DNA from: Acidobacteria subdivision 13 bacterium RH2 MAG17b
Lineage (GTDB): Bacteria; Acidobacteriota; Terriglobia; UBA7540
Assembly: GCA_002197525.1 (NCBI GenBank)
Contig: NFUN01000164.1
Coordinates: 5,803-69,802, forward strand
Direction: 5' to 3'
Length of the DNA: 64,000 nucleotides
The notes under the pieces: model-generated
Seen by the model: only the letters and a program-made list of their open reading frames with translations
Databases searched by the model: none
Told to the model about the DNA's origin: nothing
Program-made: the position numbers and the translations under genes
Shown here: one piece after another, positions 45,850-54,762 of the stretch
Layout: each line of letters opens with the position of its first letter
Position numbering within the stretch: the stretch's first letter is position 1

Positions 45850-47076
45850 TTAATACGGCTTCGCGCCCACCCTATGAAGTATCCATGGCACGGTGACGCT
45901 CTTGAAGATGCGCGCGCCGGACCATACCTTGGATTCCCGCCCCATGTGGCCACCCTGCGGGTTGATCCACGCGTCCTTAGGCGTCTGGCCGCTATTCAGA
46001 AGGAGGTCGGTGTCGGAGATGGGCACTTGCGTGTCGAGCGCACCGCCGATCACCAGCATCGGCGCTGTTGGCCTGTCGAGAAGACCCCGGGTTTTGAGTG
46101 ACATCTTCTCGTGCACGGCGGCAAGCTGGTCGATGTTCGTCACTCCGAACATCAGCAAGTGCGCCGGGAGATAGTCGAACAGATACTCCCGGTTGGCGGG
46201 GATCGCCATCGTCGAGGCCCGCTGGAAGAACTTGTCCACGGGCGGCGACTGGGAGACGACGCCACACAGCCGGTCTTTCTCCGTGACGGCGAGTACCGTT
46301 GACCAATAGCCGCCGTAACTGGCGCCATAGACAACGATGTGGCTGTGGTCAACATCCGGCCGCTGGTACAGATAATCGATGACGGGAGAAAACATACGCT
46401 CCGCGCCGGGAGCAGCCTTGATCGGCGCTTGTCCCGCCCCAGGCGCATCGAGCGCCAGATAGCCGACGCCGTAGGCGAGCATCTGGCGGAAGCGCTCCGC
46501 CATGTTCTCCTTGCGTTGGTCGAGGCCGGGAATGGCGATCACGATGGGCGCTGGTTTCGGGCTTTTCGGCATCTGAAGATATCCGGTAATCTCCTTGCCT
46601 TCAAAGGGGATGTGCACCACCTCCAGGGGCGGGGCAAGCAGGCGGGCGAACGCGAGATAGGCCCGGAGTCCCTTTTCATAAGCCTTCTGCTTGCCGGGCG
46701 TCACCGGCGCAGGCCAAGCGCCAAAACTGTAATAGCGCCAGGCCTGAAGAAAGTCCTTGCTGGCTTGCTGCGGCGACGATGCGAGTTCGGCTTGCGCCTT
46801 GGTCATGTAGCGGTCACCGAGGATACTCCAGGAAGCCGCCCATTCATCGCCGTTGAAGCTATGAATCCGGGAGAGAGCCTCGCGCACCTCGCCCGGCTTG
46901 AGCCCGTTGACTGGATACGCATTGCGTTCGGCGCGCGCCTGCACCTCCGCCTTGAGCTGTGCAAGCGTGCGCCCCTGCGCGGCGACTGTGGACGCGATCA
47001 TCAGCGCGACAGCAAGTGGCAGCACACCAACGGTTAGAGCGACGCGCGTCATCTTCCAGAGTCCTGTCACCATCAT
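45850..47076 (-). CDS. Exported alpha/beta hydrolase (FrsA / dihydroxypseudooxynicotine hydrolase-like)
   Basis: Signal peptide, IPFEG, GLDQRKE, DAPGAG, GASYGG nucleophile, DTQVP, GHMG. Confidence 0.8.
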   Translation of the reverse strand: MMVTGLWKMTRVALTVGVLPLAVALMIASTVAAQGRTLAQLKAEVQARAERNAYPVNGLKPGEVREALSRIHSFNGDEWAASWSILGDRYMTKAQAELASSPQQASKDFLQAWRYYSFGAWPAPVTPGKQKAYEKGLRAYLAFARLLAPPLEVVHIPFEGKEITGYLQMPKSPKPAPIVIAIPGLDQRKENMAERFRQMLAYGVGYLALDAPGAGQAPIKAAPGAERMFSPVIDYLYQRPDVDHSHIVVYGASYGGYWSTVLAVTEKDRLCGVVSQSPPVDKFFQRASTMAIPANREYLFDYLPAHLLMFGVTNIDQLAAVHEKMSLKTRGLLDRPTAPMLVIGGALDTQVPISDTDLLLNSGQTPKDAWINPQGGHMGRESKVWSGARIFKSVTVPWILHRVGAKPY

Positions 47077-47186
47077 GGTTTCCTTCCCGCGGCGGACCCC
47101 GCAACTCGAACAACTCTTATGTACAGCCCCCAGCGATATTTGGCTATTTCGATCGAGTCGGCCAGAATACACCCGTCTTCAGGATT

Positions 47187-47720
47187 TCACCACGACAACT
47201 TCAGCGCAAATTGGAGCTGGCGGGAAGTTGTGTTTGTCAGCGTAATCGCACCCGCGAAGGGAATTAAGTTTCCAGATTGGTCCATGATAGTCCGGTTGTC
47301 ATTCGGAGACTGAAAGTTCGGCCGGTTGAGGATATTGAAAAATTCAGTTCGGAACTGCGCGTTGAAGTTTTCTGAAATTGCCTTGAAGGGGATGTTGTTG
47401 ACCACCGAAAAGTCGCAGTCCACCAATCCTGGACCCATCAGAGTATTGCGGCTCTCATTACCGGAGCGGTCACAGGGGTTTGGAGGAACGAAGCAAATGT
47501 GGTTGTGCCTGGGGTGAAACTGGTGAAGGTGGCAGGTATGAGTGGCCGCGGCATCAGCGTAAGTTTTCGTTGGAAAGGAACCGGCGGATAAGACGCCCGA
47601 GGTGTTGCTGGTGGCTAGAAACGGCCAGGAACCTTCCACTTCGGACCCCATTTCAACCGGCAGAGAGGGTATGTCACACACCCCGAAGCCTTCCGCAGGA
47701 CTATTCCTACAAACAGCTTC
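47187..47720 (-). pseudogene. Internally deleted relic of a TonB-dependent receptor paralogous to 48549-51818
   Basis: C-terminal ~100 aa aligns with the receptor end (PFKAISE.FNAQFR.EFFNI.NRPNF.SPNDNR...RQ.QF.LKLSW), joined to an internal block (GFGV.D...LPV.MGS.V.GSWPF). Confidence 0.8.
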
Positions 47721-47893
47721 AAAACTGTAGCAGCAAGTGCCCGTCTCCGACTTATGTCGCTGTCTATAAGAAGCGCTACCGCCAACGCTTATCGTCGGCC
47801 GGGAGGCCCAGCGATGCTCCGGCCATCCCCGCACCAGATGCGGTTTTCCTGGCGGTGAGTAGGATTCGCCACCAGGACCGTATCACCTTGGAG

Positions 47894-48394
47894 TTAGTAG
47901 CTTTTGCCGTAGACTGAGGGTGCCATGTGGCACAACTCAGCCCCGGCGGCGCGCCACCTGCCATTCTGCTTGACGAAAACCCGGAGTACGCGGTAATACC
48001 CACTGACGTTGTGCGCTCCGATCGCGCTGCCGATGAAATTCGTGCGATCGGTCACAAGCGCTGAATCTCCGTAAAGGTGTACGTGTATCTCATCCACGGT
48101 TATGCTCTTCACGTGGCGACTGGGGGCATTGACCTTCTTGAATAACTCCTGCTTGTTTGAAATCTCTCCCCCGGAGCCTGCTGAACACTCGAAAAAGTCA
48201 TCAGTCATTAATTTGTTCAGATAAGCGGTATCGTGCTTGGCGGCTGCCTCAACCCACTTCCGGTCGAGCTCCGTCAATTCTTTGATGGTGGCGGCATCGT
48301 TGCTTCCTTGGCCTGCAGCGCTAGCTGCGGGAGCGAAAGCCAGTAACCAAGCGCCGATTAGTGCTGCACAAAGCGCAACGCGAAAAACTTTCAT
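47894..48394 (-). CDS. Secreted NTF2-like (DUF4440) protein
   Basis: Signal peptide; ELDRKWVEA...DDF, LYGDSALVTDRT, YRVLRVFVKQNGRWR; GGAGG SD. Confidence 0.85.
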   Translation of the reverse strand: MKVFRVALCAALIGAWLLAFAPAASAAGQGSNDAATIKELTELDRKWVEAAAKHDTAYLNKLMTDDFFECSAGSGGEISNKQELFKKVNAPSRHVKSITVDEIHVHLYGDSALVTDRTNFIGSAIGAHNVSGYYRVLRVFVKQNGRWRAAGAELCHMAPSVYGKSY

Positions 48395-48447
48395 GAAGAT
48401 CCTCCGGTGGTAATTTGTCAAAGGGCAGGCGTTCGCGCCCAGATACT

Positions 48448-48478
48448 AAGCGCCGCCGGTGGCCCGGCGGCGCTTTTT
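48448..48478. terminator. 12-bp GC-rich hairpin between the receptor and DUF4440 gene
   Basis: AAGCGCCGCCGG-TGGC-CCGGCGGCGCTT; the T run is on the + strand, opposite to the genes, so it may be a stabilising hairpin or an antisense terminator. Confidence 0.5.
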
Positions 48479-48548
48479 GTAGTAATCAGAAACCCGATTC
48501 GCGGGAGCAAATCACTGCCCGCTCAAGGGGTAATTGCAGGCTCCGACC

Positions 48549-51500
48549 TCACCATGACAGCTTGAGCGAAAACTGGATCTGGCGGGGAGGCGTGTTCATC
48601 AGTGTAATTGCACCTGCATTTGACTGTATAACTCCAAGTTGGTCCATTATTATCCGATTGTCATTGGGAGACGTAAAATTCGGACGATTGGCAATATTGA
48701 AAAACTCTGCCCGGAACTGCGCGTTGAAGTCTTCCGAAATTGCCTTGAAAGGAAAGTTCTTCATTAGCGAGAAGTCGAACGTTACCAACCCAGGACCAAT
48801 CAAGGAGTTACGTCCCTCATTACCGAAAAGCGTGCTCGGATTTGGAGGAGCGAAGCATTGCAGCTTGACGTAATTTGAGGCATTTTGTGGGTTCACAGGG
48901 TTTGCGCAGCCTGGCGCAACCAGCCGGTTCGGGTACGAATATGGATCGGTAGAATTCTGGCCAACCGGGTCGCCGGCAAGCAGCACCGTAAACGGAGAAC
49001 CCGATTCCACAGTTAAAATTCCTCCGCTCTCCCAGCCGCCCAGGATTTCCTTCTCCGGACCGTTGAAAAACGACGGACTTGGAATGTCCCAGACGCCATT
49101 CAAGGTCAGGTCATGCGTGACATTAGTGTCGGAAAGAGATTTGTGGCACTTCATGCAGAAGTAAAGAAGGCTGGAAATGGAATTCCGGTAAGGATCGGAA
49201 GCCACAGAACCCGATCCGTAGTCAATATTTTTGGAGAAGGTATAGGAGCCTTCAAGCTGGACGCCGTGGCTCATAGTCTTTTGGACTTGGACATTTAGAC
49301 CATCATAGTAGTACTGCCCATCCCAAAGCGCCATCTGAAGGCGGCCCAAGGCGGGGTTAATGATCGTTCCCGTGCCGGGCTGGTTGCAGTTTTGGATCGT
49401 CGTGCCCTGAGCGGTCAAGGTTGGAGTGAACGATGGACAGGGCCACTCAAGGCCCTGCGGCGTCTGCGTGGGCAGCACCATGTTGTTGTCATCGGCTTGA
49501 TCCCAGAAGTGGTAGCCACGACCACCGACATAACCCACCATGAATGTCGTTGCTGGTGCAATCTGCCGCTGGATGTTAAAGTTCCACTGGAGGATGTAGT
49601 TGCGCTTAGGGTTGTTCTGGAGGATGTAATAGCGATGGGTCGCCTGGCTCAGCCCTTGGAAGAATGCTCCTGTCGGGAACAAACCTGGCGCCAGGGTGGT
49701 AGAACCAGATGCGGGAGACAGACTATTGGTCGCGTCAAACGGCCAACTACCGTCCACTCCGCTTCCCATTTGAACGGGCAGCGGCATCATGTCAAACACC
49801 CCGAAGCCGCCACGGATCGCCGTCTTGCCGTTGTGGAAGGGGTCCCAAGCAAAACCCAGCCGCGGCTCAAAATCCAGCTTCGTGGGATTCTGGATATAAG
49901 GGCTTCCCAAGTGATTGACGGGCGGCGCACTCGACAAGGTTCGAAGGTTATTGAGCTTGCCTTGAACTTCCGTAATGATGGTAGCCATCTGGTAGCGCAG
50001 TCCGTAGTTGAGGGTCAGGTTCGGACGGAAGCGCCAGTCATCGGAAACATAAGCTCCAAACATGGACTGCCGGATTCCGCGCGGAGACTCCGTGCCTGGC
50101 GTGTCGCTGATGAAGGAACCGGCGTTGTTGGTCAGAAGGCCCGGCAGGTCGTTAAACACGAAGAGACCGCCAGGCTGGTCTTCGCCAAACGAATTGTCAC
50201 CGATACGGTCGAAGCTCGCGCCAAATTTGATCGAGTGCGCGCCCGTCGTATAAAACACGTTGTCATCCAACTGCTCCGTCCACCAGTGGAACCCAAACGG
50301 CGCTGCGGCGGAGAGACCTCCGGAAAACATAGTCATTGGTCCCAATACCTGTAACATCCCTGCGCTATCTCCAGGAACAAAACCAAAAGCTGTGCTCGCG
50401 GCCAGAGGATTTATTGCTGTTGAATTCGACGGCGATTGCACGACGTCGCGGTTATAGCCGACGCGGAGGGAATTCATCAGCGTGGGTGAGACAATGTGGT
50501 TCCATTCAAGGCCAACCATATACCGGTGAGCAGGATTATCGATAAGCTTGTTGTTCATCTCGTCAGGTTCGCTCTGCGATGTACGGTCAATCATGAACGT
50601 GCCCGAGAGGTGGTCCTGGTCTGAGAATGTCTGGTCCAACCGGGTAACAAAGAAGTTCTCGGCAGTAACTTGGGTGGCCGTAAATGAAAAAAGGCCCAAG
50701 TCGCCGGAGATGGGACCGTTGGGCAAAGGATAAAAAGCGTTCAGAAAATTGACGGCGGACGGGTCCGGGGTCACAGTGCCGGTAGTGAGGTTTCCGGTCC
50801 GCGCGGCTGCGGTAGGCACATTGTCAATCACGGCCTGGCTCAGACTTTGCCGGACTCCCTCATAGTCGCCGAAGATGAAGGTCTTGTCCTTTTTAATCGG
50901 ACCTCCGGCGGACACGCCGAATTGGTTGAGATGCAGAGGCGATTTCTGGAGATTGCTCGAATTGTCCGTAAAAGCTGCTGCGTCAAACGCGTCATTGCGG
51001 AGGAACTCGTAAGCATCTCCGTGGAACTGGTTGGTTCCTGATTTCGTGATCGCACTGATCACTCCGCCGGCAGTATTGTATTGCGGCCCGACGTTTGCGG
51101 TTAGGACCGAAAATTCCTGAACGGCATCCACGCCCAAATTGCCTCCCAGCGAACTCGCCGGGCCTGCGTTCGCGTAATCGTCAACATCGATGCCGTCGAG
51201 GAGAAAGATGTTCTGTTGCGGCCTGCCGCCTGCAACAGTTATGTCATTCGCCAAGCCGCGCTTAACCCTGTCGCCGGCGTTGATGGGCGGCTGGTCCTCG
51301 GTAAAATGGATGCCCGGCACCAGAGCCGCCAATTGCGTCCAAGAACGGCCGTTCAGAGGAAGCGCAACCACCGTGAGACGATTATTGACTCCGCCCAGCG
51401 TTGCGTTGGCCAACTGCACCGTCGGAGGCGCACCCGTTACGGTGACCGCTTGAGTCACCGCACCCACCTGCATGGTCAGATTCAGCACAAGCTCTTGGCC

Positions 51501-51818
51501 TACGGTCAAAGTGATCCCGCGCCGTATCACGGTCTTAAATCCTTGAGCAGTCGTCGTAAGCTGGTAATGCCCTGGTATCAAGTTCGGTGCCGTATAGTAA
51601 CCCACGCTATTCGTGATGGTATTCCGGGTAACCCCGGTTGCCACATTCGTGATGACGATTTTTACGCCCGGCGTTACGGCCCCCGAGGGGTCCGTAACCG
51701 TGCCCGTAATCGTCGCTCCCACGATCTGGCCGAACACTTGCCGCGGTCCGGCAAAGGCAAGTACCATGAGTGCCGCTAAGATGTACTGTATAGACTTATT
51801 CATCCACCGAGTTTCCAT
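48549..51818 (-). CDS. TonB-dependent receptor (Oar-like, N-terminal carboxypeptidase-regulatory-like domain)
   Basis: Signal peptide, ITGTVTDPSGA, LPLNGR, TKSGTNQFHG, YVSDDWR...LTLNYGLRY, PRLGFAWD, QFRAEFFN, C-terminal aromatic W; GAGGAGG SD. Confidence 0.93.
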   Translation of the reverse strand: METRWMNKSIQYILAALMVLAFAGPRQVFGQIVGATITGTVTDPSGAVTPGVKIVITNVATGVTRNTITNSVGYYTAPNLIPGHYQLTTTAQGFKTVIRRGITLTVGQELVLNLTMQVGAVTQAVTVTGAPPTVQLANATLGGVNNRLTVVALPLNGRSWTQLAALVPGIHFTEDQPPINAGDRVKRGLANDITVAGGRPQQNIFLLDGIDVDDYANAGPASSLGGNLGVDAVQEFSVLTANVGPQYNTAGGVISAITKSGTNQFHGDAYEFLRNDAFDAAAFTDNSSNLQKSPLHLNQFGVSAGGPIKKDKTFIFGDYEGVRQSLSQAVIDNVPTAAARTGNLTTGTVTPDPSAVNFLNAFYPLPNGPISGDLGLFSFTATQVTAENFFVTRLDQTFSDQDHLSGTFMIDRTSQSEPDEMNNKLIDNPAHRYMVGLEWNHIVSPTLMNSLRVGYNRDVVQSPSNSTAINPLAASTAFGFVPGDSAGMLQVLGPMTMFSGGLSAAAPFGFHWWTEQLDDNVFYTTGAHSIKFGASFDRIGDNSFGEDQPGGLFVFNDLPGLLTNNAGSFISDTPGTESPRGIRQSMFGAYVSDDWRFRPNLTLNYGLRYQMATIITEVQGKLNNLRTLSSAPPVNHLGSPYIQNPTKLDFEPRLGFAWDPFHNGKTAIRGGFGVFDMMPLPVQMGSGVDGSWPFDATNSLSPASGSTTLAPGLFPTGAFFQGLSQATHRYYILQNNPKRNYILQWNFNIQRQIAPATTFMVGYVGGRGYHFWDQADDNNMVLPTQTPQGLEWPCPSFTPTLTAQGTTIQNCNQPGTGTIINPALGRLQMALWDGQYYYDGLNVQVQKTMSHGVQLEGSYTFSKNIDYGSGSVASDPYRNSISSLLYFCMKCHKSLSDTNVTHDLTLNGVWDIPSPSFFNGPEKEILGGWESGGILTVESGSPFTVLLAGDPVGQNSTDPYSYPNRLVAPGCANPVNPQNASNYVKLQCFAPPNPSTLFGNEGRNSLIGPGLVTFDFSLMKNFPFKAISEDFNAQFRAEFFNIANRPNFTSPNDNRIIMDQLGVIQSNAGAITLMNTPPRQIQFSLKLSW

Positions 51819-51914
51819 ACCCCCTCCTCATCGCAAAGGGTTAGTCGTGTACTTTCAACACCAGCATTAACCTGCAAGGCCCGATACACTATAAGACAAT
51901 TTAGATCGCTGCCT

Positions 51915-51943
51915 TTTATATCACCATCGGAACGGCCAGTCAA
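51915..51943 (-). promoter_or_regulatory. sigma70 promoter for the TonB-dependent receptor
   Basis: TTGACT-17-(TG)TATAAA with an AT-rich UP-like tract upstream. Confidence 0.6.
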
Positions 51944-52048
51944 GCGAAAGTTAAAAATAAATTACGAGAAATTAACAAATACCTCACACGCTGGAGGACT
52001 TCTCCAAGCGGTCCGCCAATTGGAGCGGGGAGCGCAGCATGTGCGCTT

Positions 52049-52513
52049 TTACGGCAGCACGGCCTTCACCGGCGTTGCTTGTACCAGCACTACCCGCCAC
52101 GTTCCACCCTCTTTCCGGAAAATTCGGACATACCGGTATACACCGCCGTATGGCTTTCCGTTGTACACGCCACGCATGGTCGTATGGTCGGTCATGATTG
52201 CCGTATTGCCATAAAGCCGTATGTGGATGTCTTCCGAGTGGAGTTCTGTGACCTTGCGGTTTGTGCCCTTAATCAGTTCGATCAGTTGTTGCTTGTTCAT
52301 AACAGTGCCGAGGCTGGTGCCGAACACGCAGTCGTTGGCCCACAACTTGTTCAAAAAGGGTATGTCCTTTTTCAGTTCAGCCTCGGACCATTCCTGCTTG
52401 ATTTTTGTCAGCTCCTGGATAACGGCTTGGTTCTTGTTCTGAGCCTTTAGGCCAGGCGCCAAACTGAGAGCCAATACAAACGCCACCAAAGCAAGCTTTT
52501 CGATGCGTCTCAT
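52049..52513 (-). CDS. Secreted NTF2-like (DUF4440) protein
   Basis: Signal peptide; QEWSEA...LWAND, LYGNTAIMTDHT, YRYVRIFRKEGGTWR; AGGAGG SD. Confidence 0.85.
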   Translation of the reverse strand: MRRIEKLALVAFVLALSLAPGLKAQNKNQAVIQELTKIKQEWSEAELKKDIPFLNKLWANDCVFGTSLGTVMNKQQLIELIKGTNRKVTELHSEDIHIRLYGNTAIMTDHTTMRGVYNGKPYGGVYRYVRIFRKEGGTWRVVLVQATPVKAVLP

Positions 52514-52665
52514 CACAAACCTCCTGCTCAGGGTTAACAGCGCCTTTCTCCGGTTCACAACTGTAGGCTTTCAGGCCTCGCGGCAAGATGAACTCGCCGC
52601 ATAGCAGAAATTGAGCGCCACCAATCTTCCCTTGCCGTTTTTCTATAAACTCGCGCCTATAGGCT

Positions 52666-53127
52666 TCAAGTTCGCTGTTTCTGGCCCCGCTGCTTTTCTT
52701 CCACGATCTCGACCAGCGTCCGGAGTGCGGCGGTGTAGGAGCGCCAACCGAGACCCTGCACGGTGCCCCGCGCCGCCGGTGTGATAATCGAGTGTTGCCG
52801 CCAGCCTTCACGCGTAGCGAGGTTTGACATGTGCACTTCGATTACCGGAAAAGGCATAGCCTTGATGCAGTCATGCAGGGACACGCTGTATTGCGTCAAC
52901 CCGCCCGCATTAATGATCGCTCCTTGGGCGTCGTCGATATGGGCGTGAAAGGCATCGACGAGCGCTCCTTCGTGATTCGACTGCACAATCACGAGTTCGA
53001 CGTTCAACTCTGTTGCCAGCGCTTTTAGCCGCTGATTGATTTCTTCAAGTGTCATCGAACCGTATATTTCAGGTTCGCGGCGGCCAAACAGGTTAAGGTT
53101 TGGGCCGTGCACGATGAGAACCCGCAT
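52666..53127 (-). CDS. aroQ: Type II 3-dehydroquinate dehydratase
   Basis: HGPNLNLFGRREPEIYG, QSNHEG, INAGG, EVHMSN. Confidence 0.93.
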   Translation of the reverse strand: MRVLIVHGPNLNLFGRREPEIYGSMTLEEINQRLKALATELNVELVIVQSNHEGALVDAFHAHIDDAQGAIINAGGLTQYSVSLHDCIKAMPFPVIEVHMSNLATREGWRQHSIITPAARGTVQGLGWRSYTAALRTLVEIVEEKQRGQKQRT

Positions 53128-53416
53128 TGAATCTTCCTCCGATCACACAAATACCTTTAACGGCCCTTCTCCAAAGTTGGAGGCAGCCCGCGCTGGAGCG
53201 ATATTAGTTACCATGATGCGGCTATAAGTGTCAACGAAAGAATGGGGATCCCAGAGATGTCCAATTAACCGCACATTCTGGTGTGAGAAGCGGCTGCGCC
53301 GCCCCGTTGTGCGGAAAGCCTGTGGCTGTTCCGGGCGCGGAGGCGCGTTCTAAGGTCTTGCTGGGCGCGAAGGCTGAGCCTTCGCGCCCAAAGAAAGCCC
53401 GGCTGGAAGGGGTTAC

Positions 53417-53539
53417 GGAGTCTGTGTGAAAACAGCGGCTGTAGCGGCGGTCTGTGACCGCCGGCCTTGATTTTTCAATAGCTTCGGCGCTCATAGAGCG
53501 CCGCTACAACTGAAGTACGGCTGTTTTCATACAGACTCT
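53417..53539. mobile_element. Second copy of the 123-bp MITE-like element
   Basis: GGAGTCTGTGTGAAAAC...GTTTTCATACAGACTCT flanked by AC on both sides; same internal REP doublet as 16103-16225. Confidence 0.8.
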
Positions 53540-53753
53540 ACGAGCCGCCGGCGAGGCGAAGCCTTGCCAGATATCATGGATACGCTAACGTAGTTATGGA
53601 TTGCCAAACCGGGCTTCTTTGGCATAGTCTGGAAAGCCTATAGAGAACCTCCATGCCTAACCCGTACTGCACCGTGCTATTACCCATGGAGACCAAGCAA
53701 CTTTCCGGGGCGGCCCAATGTTGCTTGAACTTAATTCATCTTGGAGACCTGCG

Positions 53754-54674
53754 ATGAAATTCATCCGAACGCTCGCTTTGGTGGCAGCTCTAGCCGCTTC
53801 ACTGACCGCCGTTGCTCAGGAGACCAGCCAAAAGAGCGAGGACACCGCAAGCCGTTCCGTTCTCGAACAACAACTCTGGAAGCTCGATCAGCAGTGGCTG
53901 GATGCAGTGGAGAATAGGAAGATGGCTTTTCTAGATCAGATGTGGACCGGCCAATTTATCGAAATCCTCCCTGGAGGGAGAGTGGTCACCAAGGCTGATC
54001 AGATGGAACATCTGGGCAAGACCCGCCGCCAACCAGGGACCGGATCCACCCGGGATGATTTCAAGTTGCGGGCCGTTTATGGAAACGTGGCGCTAGCGAC
54101 CGACCATATGACCCAACAAGGCACCCACGCCTATGGACACGACATCACTGGGGATTATCGAGTCGCGAGGGTTTTCGTTAGGGAGAATGGGAAATGGAGG
54201 GTCGCTGAATCCGCCCTTTGCCCCATTAAGCCGGTTCCACCCGTGGATGCCAGCGCGCAGGCCAGCAAGACAAGCGAGGCAACCGAAAGTCATACCGGCC
54301 TCGAGCAGCAGCTCTGGGAGATCGACCAGCAGTGGCTGGAAGCCGCGCGCAACCAGAAGCTGGACGTTTTGAAGCAATTATGGACCGGTCAATTTTTCGA
54401 GGTCCTCCCCGGCGGGAGGGTGGTGAGCAAGGCGGAGCTGATGGATATGATTTCGAGAGCGCACCCCGCTCCGAATGTCGGAGCATTTCCGGACGACTTC
54501 AAATTGCGGGCTGTCTATGGAAACTTCGCCATCGCCACCGACCATACGACGCTGAAAGGACCTGTTCTTCCCGGCAGGCGCGACGCGGGAGCATACCGGG
54601 TTGTGCGGTTTTTTGTGAAGGAGAACGGCAAGTGGAGAGTCGCTGGGGCGGCACTCGTCGCGATCACTGCTTGA
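53754..54674 (+). CDS. Secreted protein with two tandem NTF2-like (DUF4440) domains
   Basis: Signal peptide; duplicated LEQQLW.DQQWL...WTGQF.E.LPGGRVV.KA...DDFKLRAVYGN.A.ATDH...YRV.R.FV.ENGKWRVA. Confidence 0.88.
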   Translation: MKFIRTLALVAALAASLTAVAQETSQKSEDTASRSVLEQQLWKLDQQWLDAVENRKMAFLDQMWTGQFIEILPGGRVVTKADQMEHLGKTRRQPGTGSTRDDFKLRAVYGNVALATDHMTQQGTHAYGHDITGDYRVARVFVRENGKWRVAESALCPIKPVPPVDASAQASKTSEATESHTGLEQQLWEIDQQWLEAARNQKLDVLKQLWTGQFFEVLPGGRVVSKAELMDMISRAHPAPNVGAFPDDFKLRAVYGNFAIATDHTTLKGPVLPGRRDAGAYRVVRFFVKENGKWRVAGAALVAITA

Positions 54675-54762
54675 TGGCCAACGCCCGGCGAAAAACGGTT
54701 CGCCTGCGCCTACAGAATTCCTTTCTCACACCATCTTCGTGTATGCATAAGGAGCGCTCTGC

